Positions 9,483-18,020 of a stretch of DNA of 64,000 bases are shown here, piece after piece; position 1 is the first letter of the stretch, and each line of letters begins with the position of its first letter. The notes beneath the pieces are model-generated. The model saw only the letters and a list, made by a program, of their open reading frames with translations. It did no database searches and was not told the origin of the DNA. The position numbers and the translations under genes are program-made. The stretch is taken from contig CADBBQ010000001.1 in NCBI GenBank assembly GCA_902793005.1, forward strand, positions 32,860 through 96,859, read 5' to 3'. Source of the DNA: an uncultured Pseudomonadota bacterium. Lineage in GTDB: Bacteria > Pseudomonadota > Alphaproteobacteria > Rs-D84.

Positions 9483-10529
9483 ATGTTCAGCGTTATAAAA
9501 AATTTATTCGGGCCACGTGGAATAAAAATAACTGCGGGTGAATTGGCGACGAAATTCGGTCTGGAATTGCGTGGGAATAAAGATGTCGTTGTGCGTGGTG
9601 TTGCGCCAATCGCGGATGCGCGCCCGGGTCAGTTGGCGTTCTATTCCACCGAACAAAACAGTGCCGCGTTTAAAATTTTGCCAATTGACGTTTTGCGCAA
9701 AACGCGTGCGACGGTTATATTGCTGCAACCGGCGCAAATCAACGATGCGCCTGCGGGTGCAACTTTGTTGGTGACGGATTCGCCGCGTGGAAATATCGTA
9801 AAAATATTGGGCGAAATTTATCGTGAAAAACCACGTTTCGGGGTCAGTGCCGACGCCCGTGTCGAACGTGGTGTGTTCTTTCGTTCGCGTAAAACAAATT
9901 ACGTTGGCCAATTTGCAACAATTGAGCGTGGCGCGGTGATTGAACCGGGCGTAAAAATTTATCCCGGTGCATACATCGGTCGTAATGTCACATTGGGGCG
10001 GGGCACAATTGTATATAGTGGCGCACATATTGAAAACGCCACAATCGGTGCAGATTGCGTGATAAACGCAAATGCCGTGATTGGTAAAAATGGTTTTGGT
10101 TATACCCGCCAAGACGGACACAATATTTTCATCCCACACGTGGGACGCGTGGTGCTGGGCGACCGAGTGTCGGTTGGTGCGAATTCTTGCATTGATCGTG
10201 GCGCGATGACTGACACGATTGTGGGCAATGGCACGAAAATAGATAACCTGTGCCAAATTGCGCACGGTGTTGTTGTGGGGGCTGAATGCTTTTTGGCGTC
10301 GGGCGTTGGATTGGCCGGTGGCACGGTTATTGGTGACCGCGTGTTACTGGGGGGGCAAGTCGGCGTCGCCAACGGAATTCATATTGGCAACGATGTCGAG
10401 GTTGGTGCAAAATCCGGCGTATTCAAAAATGTCCCAGACGGCGCACGCATTATGGGTTACCCGGCGGCGGTAGGATTGGAATTTTTCCGCAACTATGCGT
10501 GGGTGCGAAAAAACGCGGCAAAAAAATAA
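9483..10529 (+). CDS. lpxD: UDP-3-O-acylglucosamine N-acyltransferase LpxD
   Basis: 348 aa with the LpxD N-terminal domain (ELATKFGLELRGNKDVVVRGVAPIADARPGQLAF) and left-handed beta-helix hexapeptide repeats. The catalytic-region pattern GFGYTRQDGHNIFIPHVGRVVLGDRVSVGANSCIDRGAMTDTIVGNGTKIDNLCQIAHGV aligns with E. coli LpxD. Confidence 0.85.
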   Translation: MFSVIKNLFGPRGIKITAGELATKFGLELRGNKDVVVRGVAPIADARPGQLAFYSTEQNSAAFKILPIDVLRKTRATVILLQPAQINDAPAGATLLVTDSPRGNIVKILGEIYREKPRFGVSADARVERGVFFRSRKTNYVGQFATIERGAVIEPGVKIYPGAYIGRNVTLGRGTIVYSGAHIENATIGADCVINANAVIGKNGFGYTRQDGHNIFIPHVGRVVLGDRVSVGANSCIDRGAMTDTIVGNGTKIDNLCQIAHGVVVGAECFLASGVGLAGGTVIGDRVLLGGQVGVANGIHIGNDVEVGAKSGVFKNVPDGARIMGYPAAVGLEFFRNYAWVRKNAAKK

Positions 10530-10560
10530 AAAAATTCGGCGATATTTTTCGCCGTTTTTT
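10530..10560 (+). terminator. Rho-independent terminator after lpxD
   Basis: aaaaaaattcggcgatatttttcgccgttttttt hairpin followed by a T-run. Confidence 0.55.
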
Positions 10561-10640
10561 TATCGGGCCCCACAAAATTCCAAAAGAATTTTGTGGGTAA
10601 TTTCCGGGCCCCGCAAAATTCCAAAAGAATTTTGTGGGTG
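10561..10640. repeat. Two tandem copies of a ~38-bp GC-rich palindromic element (gggccccRcaaaattccaaaagaattttgtgggt)
   Basis: Perfect inverted repeat cccacaaaattc-caaaag-aattttgtggg, repeated twice. Related copies are at 34666-34800, 61295-61395 and 61840-61925. Confidence 0.8.
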
Positions 10641-10642
10641 AA

Positions 10643-10807
10643 CTACATAAACCAAGTCCACGGTAATAATAATTTCATCTCGGTTTGATTGTCATAAACC
10701 GGGTCGCCGGTGGTATCAACATCGGGGACGGTATTTGATGTTATGTCTGCAACCTTGCCACAGCCGGACAAAAAACACACCACACAACAGCAAAATATAA
10801 ACTTCAT
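10643..10807 (-). CDS. Small putative lipoprotein (54 aa), below the ORF-track cutoff
   Basis: My own translation of the minus strand: MKFIFCCCVVCFLSGCGKVADITSNTVPDVDTTGDPVYDNQTEMKLLLPWTWFM, with a lipobox (FLSGC) straight after a hydrophobic leader. No similarity could be checked. Confidence 0.35.
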   Translation of the reverse strand: MKFIFCCCVVCFLSGCGKVADITSNTVPDVDTTGDPVYDNQTEMKLLLPWTWFM

Positions 10808-10941
10808 AATTCCACCCATATATTAATTATATTATACCATTTTTTTGCTATAAATTCAATGTTCGTAAATTCTTATTTGCATCATAAAACAAAAGGGTGT
10901 ATATTTGCCGAACGGCTTTTTTTAACAGAGGAATATTTATA

Positions 10942-11511
10942 ATGGATAATTTTGAGTATATGATAAACCCTGATGCATTTATGATGAAAAAATATTTTAA
11001 TTTTTATATGGATAAAGTTTTGCCTTTTGTAAAACAATATACAACCCAAAATCCAGATGGATGTCACGCGTTGGATAAACACACATCTGCGGTTGTGTTT
11101 CGTGGCATAGATTACGCATTGCATTTGAACACAAATCCTGTGCCGGTGGTATTTGCGTGTGCGTTTCACGATATGGCGCGAACAAATGACGGTATGGATT
11201 TTAATCACGGTCGGGACGCGGTGCCTGATGCGAAAAAAATAATGACGGAATTTTCCACAATGTTAAATGCCCAGCAACAGAAAAATGTAATTTATGCGAT
11301 TGAAAATCATACAACGGGTACGATTGCGCCAAATTATGTGTCGGCGTGCTTGTGGGATGCGGACCGGACGCGTATGTCGTGGGAGTACGGATTTAATCCA
11401 AAATTTTTCAATACTGCGCGTGCAAAGTATGTTGCATCACATCCGGCGGCGGATTATATAAAATTTCAAAAACAATTATTTCCAAATTTATTCTGGTCCC
11501 GCGAGTATTAA
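10942..11511 (+). CDS. HD-domain (metal-dependent phosphohydrolase-like) protein; hypothetical
   Basis: H...H (GCHALDKH) followed by the HD dyad (AFHDMAR) and a later D (LWDADRT), consistent with an HD-superfamily fold. The start was chosen at the MDNFEY methionine inside ORF 10897-11511. Low-GC neighbourhood. Confidence 0.45.
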   Translation: MDNFEYMINPDAFMMKKYFNFYMDKVLPFVKQYTTQNPDGCHALDKHTSAVVFRGIDYALHLNTNPVPVVFACAFHDMARTNDGMDFNHGRDAVPDAKKIMTEFSTMLNAQQQKNVIYAIENHTTGTIAPNYVSACLWDADRTRMSWEYGFNPKFFNTARAKYVASHPAADYIKFQKQLFPNLFWSREY

Positions 11512-11532
11512 AAAAACAGTCATAATAGAATA

Positions 11533-11563
11533 AAATGCCGGGATTTCCGGCATTTTATTTAAA
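11533..11563. terminator. Bidirectional hairpin terminator between convergent genes
   Basis: aaaatgccgggatttccggcattttattt: the stem gccgg-atttcc-ggc is flanked by A and T runs on both strands. Confidence 0.5.
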
Positions 11564-12425
11564 ATATTTTTATTTTAAATATCGGTAAACATTCAAATAA
11601 GTAAACTTTATTGTTTTTCACTTTTAATAACGGAATAAAGTTAAACAAACGTAATCTAAATCGTGTCGTCGAATTGCCACGATATTCAGCGCTTTTACAA
11701 AGTTTTCTCATAAATGGGTGTTTATCGCAAATTTCTAGTTGAACACAATCGTGCGCAAAAGCCATTTTTTGTGCTTGTTTATTTGTTGTGTTGCTTGCGA
11801 ACCAACGATAGTTAACCAAGGCTTCTTGAAAATTATAAAAGTGTGTAACATCCATTAATCTGGCCCATAACCTATAATCTTCGGCAGGACTATAATACTC
11901 TTCGTATTCTATATTGTTTTCTGTTAATACGGATTTTCTAATCATTGCCGCCGTATGGGCAATATAACAATCTTCTGTCAGCCATATTTTTATATCAGTA
12001 TCTTGCTCTGGGGTTTTGTGTAATTTGTTGCTTTCTTCAAAATACTGTAACCATCCAGATACAACACCAACATACGGGTGATTGTCTAAATAATTAACTT
12101 CTTTTTCTAGCCTTTTTTGTATAGAAATGTCATCGTGATCAAATATCGCAAGATATTCACCTTTGGACATTTTTATTAATTTGTTTCGGGAATATGTAAT
12201 ACCCATATTTTTTTTGTTTTTCGCATATTTTATACGGTTGTCGCGTTCGGCATATTTTAATACAATTTTTTCTATGCGTTTGTTGTCTGGGCTATCATTA
12301 AGTATTAAAAATTCAAAATCAGTAAAAGTTTGTTTTAAAATACTTTCAATCATATTTTTTAAATGAACAGGATTGGTATTATAAATAGGTGTTAGCACAG
12401 AAACTTTTGGTGTTTTTTTTATCAT
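11559..12425 (-). CDS. Family 2 (GT-A) glycosyltransferase
   Basis: The N-terminus (VSVLTPIYNTNPVHLKNMIESILKQTFTDFEFLILNDSPDN) is the classic GT2 nucleotide-sugar binding region, with DxD (FDHDD). 288 aa. Very AT-rich. Confidence 0.8.
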   Translation of the reverse strand: MIKKTPKVSVLTPIYNTNPVHLKNMIESILKQTFTDFEFLILNDSPDNKRIEKIVLKYAERDNRIKYAKNKKNMGITYSRNKLIKMSKGEYLAIFDHDDISIQKRLEKEVNYLDNHPYVGVVSGWLQYFEESNKLHKTPEQDTDIKIWLTEDCYIAHTAAMIRKSVLTENNIEYEEYYSPAEDYRLWARLMDVTHFYNFQEALVNYRWFASNTTNKQAQKMAFAHDCVQLEICDKHPFMRKLCKSAEYRGNSTTRFRLRLFNFIPLLKVKNNKVYLFECLPIFKIKIF

Positions 12426-12428
12426 ATT

Positions 12429-13394
12429 TTATAATCCTTTGTTTGAAAAAATACGTTTTATTACATTTTGTATAAAATGTTTCAATGTATATGTTTTGTC
12501 GTGTTTATAATTAATTTTTGTTATATATTTTTTATCAAAAATGCGATTTATTTCGTTATAATAATCATTGTTGTTAGTGTATTCGTGCGGCAAAAATAAA
12601 ATGTTTAAAAAAGTATTTATAATTAAATCGCAATCTTCTTTACTTTGTTGTTTCGCAATTTTATAAATACTGTGCAATATATAAATATCATCACTTACAC
12701 GTTTGTCTTGGTGTATTGGGTTGTGAATTATGCTGCAGGGGTTTGCACGGTAATTATAGAAAACAGAATTTTCAAAAAATATTTTTTTAGATTTTATAAA
12801 TGTTTTTAACAAAACGACATTGTCTTCATAAAACCTTCCGCGTGGAAATATAATATTATTGAAAAGTTCTTTTTTAAATAATTTGGACGCAACGCTACCA
12901 TTTGAAATGTATTTATATTTTAATCGAGATTTTTTTGCCATCATCCTGGGATGTTTGTCTAAATTAGTATATTTACCATTCTCATATAATCTCAAAATAC
13001 CACACGATATATCGCAATCGTATCTTAAACAATTTTCATATAATTTTTGATAAAAATCATCGGATACCCAATCGTCGCTATCTAAAAAACCAATGTAGTC
13101 GCCGGTTGCGTTTTTTAATCCAACATTTCTGGCACAAGACAGCCCAGAATTCTGATTCAATTTTATATACTTAATTCTGGGGTCTTGTTGTAAACGCGTC
13201 AGGTATTTAATTGTATCGGTATCAGAAGAGCAATCGTTTACAACAATAATTTCTATTTCTTTAAGAGTTTGGTTAAACAATGAATTTAACGCCTGTTCTA
13301 TGAACTCTGGTTTGACGTTATATACAGGTACAATAACAGAAACTTTTGGATTCTGGGATTTCGGTTGATTTAATATATTTATGTTTTTCTTCAT
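12429..13394 (-). CDS. Family 2 (GT-A) glycosyltransferase
   Basis: VSVIVPVYNVKPEFIEQALNSLFNQTLKEIEIIVVNDCSSD followed by DSDD. 321 aa. There is a 3-nt gap to the downstream GT2, so the two are probably an operon. Confidence 0.8.
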   Translation of the reverse strand: MKKNINILNQPKSQNPKVSVIVPVYNVKPEFIEQALNSLFNQTLKEIEIIVVNDCSSDTDTIKYLTRLQQDPRIKYIKLNQNSGLSCARNVGLKNATGDYIGFLDSDDWVSDDFYQKLYENCLRYDCDISCGILRLYENGKYTNLDKHPRMMAKKSRLKYKYISNGSVASKLFKKELFNNIIFPRGRFYEDNVVLLKTFIKSKKIFFENSVFYNYRANPCSIIHNPIHQDKRVSDDIYILHSIYKIAKQQSKEDCDLIINTFLNILFLPHEYTNNNDYYNEINRIFDKKYITKINYKHDKTYTLKHFIQNVIKRIFSNKGL

Positions 13395-13666
13395 AATAAT
13401 GACTCCGTGAAAAAAAGACCGTTAAATTTACGGTCGGGCATTTCCAAAATCATAGTACGAAGATTCTCTGCGCTTTTGGTAGAACCTGTTATATAGCGAC
13501 AGATGGCCCGACCACAACAGTCAGGCATAACGATGCGAAACATCATTTGCAAAAAAAACTTAACGATGCGTTTCGCACCGCGTACTATAAGACCTTGGAG
13601 GGCCAAACCCAAATTTAGGATTCACGATAATTATAAACAATAAAATGCGAAAAGTAAATACATTAT

Positions 13667-14686
13667 TTAAAAATTAACCTTTAATGCGGTGGCCAAGAAC
13701 GGCGTTTTTGTCGTCAATCCAACCGATGTCCATAATTCCATATTCTCGCTGTATTTATATCGGAAAGACGCAATTCCGGTATGGTCGTAATACTGTGGTA
13801 AATCGCGATGCCATATTCCGGTTTTCGAATACATATATGACAAAGATACAGAATAATTCAATATGTCATAACTGACGCCACTGCCAAATGATATACCGTC
13901 AGACGGCGCACCAACAGGATTCCGGTCATATATCGCAACGGCGGATGTACCGAAAATCCAACTGTTATATTGTATGTTAAATCCGACAGATGTTTGTGCG
14001 CGCCAATCGGCCGTCACATCCGCCAAATACGATGCAGGACTGTATCCGTCGGGTTTTTCCATAAATGACGCGCCCAACGAGAGTGCCGATTTTAATTTGC
14101 CATTTGGAAATCTGAATTTAACACCCGCATCCAATGCATAATCAAATTCATCGCCAAACGCCGCCGCCGACACACCGTATTGACCAACATTCGTTGGAAC
14201 ACTGACCAAATTTATGCGCGGCGTGCCGTCCCCAGACGAAACCGATGTGTTCGGTATAACATTTCCGCGTGGCGAAATGCGTTTATAAAACAAAGGTTTA
14301 CGGTTCACTCGCAATCCGCCGACATCGGGCACGCCAACGCTTAATTTGCGTGCGGCGGAATCGGTTAATCCAACCTCGATACGGCCAAAATCTTGGTTTT
14401 CATATAACGCGAATGCGTCGTGCGATATGTCGTGTCCGGCCAAGGCTTCTTCGTCCCAACTGTACACCAAACCAAATGTTTGACCGCGTGCCACGGCGTA
14501 ATTATACTGCGCGCGCAAATCAAAATCGCCCAAGAACAAAGTGTTTTTGAATTTGGGTTCGATAACACCGGCCGTCCCCATTGCGGTAAATTTAAACGCA
14601 CTGCGGCCATTGTTATATTGCAACGCGTGCCCCGGGGCAATAAACGCAAATCCGAACATCAATCCGCATAACAAATATTTTTTCAT
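13667..14686 (-). CDS. Outer-membrane beta-barrel (porin-like) protein
   Basis: Signal peptide MKKYLLCGLMFGFAFIAPGHA, alternating amphipathic strands rich in Y/G/S, and a C-terminal aromatic residue (...ALKVNF) typical of BAM substrates. Confidence 0.55.
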   Translation of the reverse strand: MKKYLLCGLMFGFAFIAPGHALQYNNGRSAFKFTAMGTAGVIEPKFKNTLFLGDFDLRAQYNYAVARGQTFGLVYSWDEEALAGHDISHDAFALYENQDFGRIEVGLTDSAARKLSVGVPDVGGLRVNRKPLFYKRISPRGNVIPNTSVSSGDGTPRINLVSVPTNVGQYGVSAAAFGDEFDYALDAGVKFRFPNGKLKSALSLGASFMEKPDGYSPASYLADVTADWRAQTSVGFNIQYNSWIFGTSAVAIYDRNPVGAPSDGISFGSGVSYDILNYSVSLSYMYSKTGIWHRDLPQYYDHTGIASFRYKYSENMELWTSVGLTTKTPFLATALKVNF

Positions 14687-15597
14687 TTATTTCCCCCCGT
14701 ATCACTTAAAATTGCATCGCGTAATTTTTGATACGCGCGTTCTTCGATTTGACGCACGCGTTCACGCGAAATCCCGTATTTCTGTGACAAAGATTCCAAT
14801 GTCGATACAGGTTCTGTCAACCGTCGTGCACGTAAAATTTCACGGTCGCGTTCCGGCAAGTTTGCCAGATGTTTGCGCAATAATTCATATCCGCGTTTTT
14901 TAAATTCCAATTGTTCGATACTATCTTCGATACCGATTTTATCATCAGATAAATTTGATAAAATATCGTGTGCATCCGGATCATTGTGTGCCGGTGCATT
15001 TAACGATACATCACGCGCACCAACACGCGTTGCCATACGCGATACATCTGTTTCAGACACATTTAAAAAATCCGCGATTTGTTTAGTCTGGTCCGAGTTT
15101 AAATTATTATCCATAATTCCCAATGCACGCTTTGCCCGTGATAAATTAAAGAACACGCGTTTTTGATTTGCCGATGTTCCAATTTTTACAATTGACCAGT
15201 TATTCAAAATCGTTTCATAAATTTCCGCCTTGATCCAAAACATTGCGTATGTTGAAAAACGAAAGCCGCGTTCCGGGTCAAATTTTTGTAATGCCTGCAT
15301 CAGTCCCATATTTCCCGATGCGATTAAATCCGCCATTGGCACGCCATAGTTTTTAAAATCATACGCCACCGACACAACCAGGCGCAGGTGCGACGCCACC
15401 AATTTTTCCGCCGCCACCGAATCCGAATTTTTAACCCATTTACTGGCATATTCGTATTCTTGTTCCGCCGATAATATAGGATACTTTTGAATACTTTGAA
15501 TATATTGGGCCAATCCCGATTCATCACTGACCCCACGGGCGGCGACGATACTGGTATTATTTGTGGCCGGCAAAGTATTCTTGATTTGCTTTTTCAT
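14683..15597 (-). CDS. rpoH: RNA polymerase sigma-32 (heat-shock sigma factor RpoH)
   Basis: Sigma70 region 2 (FDPERGFRFSTYAMFWIKAEI) plus the RpoH box (QKRVFFNLSRAKRAL), with regions 3 and 4 present. 304 aa. Confidence 0.9.
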   Translation of the reverse strand: MKKQIKNTLPATNNTSIVAARGVSDESGLAQYIQSIQKYPILSAEQEYEYASKWVKNSDSVAAEKLVASHLRLVVSVAYDFKNYGVPMADLIASGNMGLMQALQKFDPERGFRFSTYAMFWIKAEIYETILNNWSIVKIGTSANQKRVFFNLSRAKRALGIMDNNLNSDQTKQIADFLNVSETDVSRMATRVGARDVSLNAPAHNDPDAHDILSNLSDDKIGIEDSIEQLEFKKRGYELLRKHLANLPERDREILRARRLTEPVSTLESLSQKYGISRERVRQIEERAYQKLRDAILSDTGGNK

Positions 15598-15657
15598 AAT
15601 TTTTATAGTATATCATAAATTATAAATTATCAAGACCCATTGCATAGGAGTATATAA

Positions 15658-16320
15658 ATGGCAAATATTTTATCCCGCAAACAAAATTTAAAACCGGCCA
15701 CCCCAAAAAAAACACGTGAAGATTATGCCCAGGATGCCCTGTATCGCGAGGTGTGGGAGGATGTAAACAACGAAAAAACAATCGCATTTTTTAAAAAATA
15801 TGCGCGTCAAATGATTGGTGGTGCGCTGGCGATATTAATCTTGGTCGCGGGATATCAAATTGGTGTGCGTGCATATCGTGCACGGCAAATGGCGACGGCG
15901 GTAAATTATGAAACGGCATTGGAAAAAACCGATGTAAATGCATTGGCGAAAATTGGTGAAAACGCCCGTGGTGCAAACGCAGATTTGGCTTTGTTCCAAT
16001 CGTATGTGTTGGATAAAAACCGCGACATCACAAAACTGGAAAAATTGGCACAGGATGGAAACACTCGTGATTTTCGTGACTTGGCGCGTTTGCACGTTAT
16101 TGCGGCGCGTGGGGACGAAATGTCGGCACGGGATGTTGAAAAATATCTGTCGGATGTCGTTACAAAATCTTCGCCGTTTTATTACACTGCGATATTAACA
16201 ATTGCGCAAAAATATTTATCCCAAGGGGAAAGGGATGCCGCAAACAAATGGTTGGATAAATTGTTAAATGACCCGGATTGTCCGGCGGAAATATCTGGGA
16301 CGGTTCAAACATTGCGTTAA
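15658..16320 (+). CDS. Membrane-anchored TPR-like protein, YfgM-like (SecYEG-ancillary family); hypothetical
   Basis: A single N-terminal transmembrane helix (IGGALAILILVAGYQIGV) followed by a helical domain. It sits immediately upstream of a BamB-like lipoprotein, as yfgM does before yfgL/bamB in E. coli. Confidence 0.4.
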   Translation: MANILSRKQNLKPATPKKTREDYAQDALYREVWEDVNNEKTIAFFKKYARQMIGGALAILILVAGYQIGVRAYRARQMATAVNYETALEKTDVNALAKIGENARGANADLALFQSYVLDKNRDITKLEKLAQDGNTRDFRDLARLHVIAARGDEMSARDVEKYLSDVVTKSSPFYYTAILTIAQKYLSQGERDAANKWLDKLLNDPDCPAEISGTVQTLR

Positions 16321-16339
16321 AAAATTTTGGGGGGATTTT

Positions 16340-17077
16340 ATGCGTAAATATGTGTTGATTGTTTTATGTGTAATGTTGGTGGCGGCGTGTGATAAACACG
16401 ACCCAATTTTGCCTGGGTTTCGCACAGAAATTTTTAACACAAATACCAACCAAAAAATATTAAACGCGTCTGTTAAAAATTTGCCAGAATCCGCACCGAC
16501 GCGCAATGTTGCGGAATGTAAATATACAATCGATGCAACAAACACAGTACGCGATGATGCGGGGCGTAAAATTTTTGTTGGTTTCCCATCACCAAATTCT
16601 GTGGATATTGAAACAAAACCGATTTGTGATGGCGGATATGTTTATGCCGGATTAAATACCGGTAATATTGTAAAAATCGCACCAAAAAAACGTGATATTG
16701 TTTGGATGACGGATGTATTTGCCGAATCGAATATGACGGGCGGTGCGGCAACGGTGGATATTGTTGCACCATTGGTAATTGACGGAAATGATATTTTTGC
16801 CGCCGGTATGGGTGACGCATTTTGTCGGATAAATGCAATCAATGGTAACAAAAAATGGTGTGCATCTGTGGGAACGCGTTTTCCGTTTATCGTGTTATCA
16901 AATGTTGCATATATAATGGGTATGGACGATATGTTATACGCGGTGCGAACATCGGATGGGGCGATATATTGGCGCACAGAAGTGATAAAAAAAACGGCGG
17001 CTCCGATATATGAAAACAAACAAATCAGAATTGGTAAAAAACGATTCGATGCCGAAACCGGTGACCAGATTAAATAA
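16340..17077 (+). CDS. PQQ-repeat beta-propeller lipoprotein, short BamB-like
   Basis: Lipoprotein signal MRKYVLIVLCVMLVAAC. PQQ-like repeats are present (DGGYVYAGLNTGNIVKI; NDIFAAGMGDAFCRINAINGNKKW; DMLYAVRTSDGAIYW). At about 245 aa it is well short of typical BamB. The start is the internal ATG of ORF 16268-17077. Confidence 0.5.
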   Translation: MRKYVLIVLCVMLVAACDKHDPILPGFRTEIFNTNTNQKILNASVKNLPESAPTRNVAECKYTIDATNTVRDDAGRKIFVGFPSPNSVDIETKPICDGGYVYAGLNTGNIVKIAPKKRDIVWMTDVFAESNMTGGAATVDIVAPLVIDGNDIFAAGMGDAFCRINAINGNKKWCASVGTRFPFIVLSNVAYIMGMDDMLYAVRTSDGAIYWRTEVIKKTAAPIYENKQIRIGKKRFDAETGDQIK

Positions 17078-17435
17078 AAAAATCTGACATTTTTATGTCA
17101 GATTTTTTTTTTATATACCGAAACAATGCATCCGGTGTTTGAATCCATAATTTATTTAATCCGATTGCGTATTTTACATAATTCACACAAGTTGATTTAT
17201 TCGGATTAAAAATCAAGAACGGCACATCTATACGAATAAATCGCCATCCGTATTTTTCTAATTGTTTAATACCGCATCGATTTATTGAAATATATGCGAC
17301 ATTATTGCGCCCCACAAATTGATGCAGAATAAATTTATTTTTGTGTGATGTAATAATTGCGCAATGTTTAAAATTTCGACACAGCAATCGAACAATTGGT
17401 ATATGTGTTTTATATGAAAATCCAACAAGAATCAT
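17070..17435 (-). CDS. Hypothetical protein (121 aa)
   Basis: ORF only; no recognisable motif. Lies downstream of the virB10-like gene. Confidence 0.3.
   Translation of the reverse strand: MILVGFSYKTHIPIVRLLCRNFKHCAIITSHKNKFILHQFVGRNNVAYISINRCGIKQLEKYGWRFIRIDVPFLIFNPNKSTCVNYVKYAIGLNKLWIQTPDALFRYIKKKSDIKMSDFFI
17077..17112. terminator. Bidirectional hairpin terminator
   Basis: aaaaaaatctgacatttttatgtcagattttttttt. Confidence 0.55.
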
Positions 17436-17457
17436 TTTAATAATCCTTTTTTATACA

Positions 17458-17802
17458 TTAATCAATCCATCCATTTTTACGTGCCGCATTTTCTATTACA
17501 TCCATTGCGCAATTCCACACATACGCATCGTGATTTTCCGACCAGATATATTGATGTGGTGCGCGCCGCCTGTCGCCAAATTTTTTCATAACCGCCAATT
17601 GTTCATCGGTCAATCGCCCCGCCAAATACAGTTTTGTAATCAATGTTTCCACATCCAACAATTCACATACACGCCGTGCGCCCGCGCGGTGATTTTGTAC
17701 CAACCCAGATTGCACCGATTTTGAATACACAAACCAGAACCACATCTGTTCGGCATTGTGAAATTTTTCCGCATTATCGTTAATGTTTTTAACAGTATTC
17801 AT
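17458..17802 (-). CDS. Hypothetical protein (114 aa)
   Basis: ORF only; no recognisable motif. Confidence 0.3.
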   Translation of the reverse strand: MNTVKNINDNAEKFHNAEQMWFWFVYSKSVQSGLVQNHRAGARRVCELLDVETLITKLYLAGRLTDEQLAVMKKFGDRRRAPHQYIWSENHDAYVWNCAMDVIENAARKNGWID

Positions 17803-18020
17803 TTTTTTCTCCTTTTATGTTGTTTATTTTATAAACAAAAACAAGAACATTTGCCAAATATTACAACCCGGGGTTGAAATTCGAATCGAAAATTATATTG
17901 ATTAGCAATATTTTCCTATTTTTATTCGAATCGACGCATATTCTGTTTTTGTTATGTTTATTAAATAAAAAAAACACACATCGTTTGATGTGTGTTTTTT
18001 TACTGCGTATTTCCCTCGCA

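Noticed and set aside
9504-10372. 253-aa and 90-aa ORFs antisense to lpxD.
   Set aside because: Fully nested antisense within a confidently identified gene; hexapeptide-repeat genes commonly produce long antisense ORFs.
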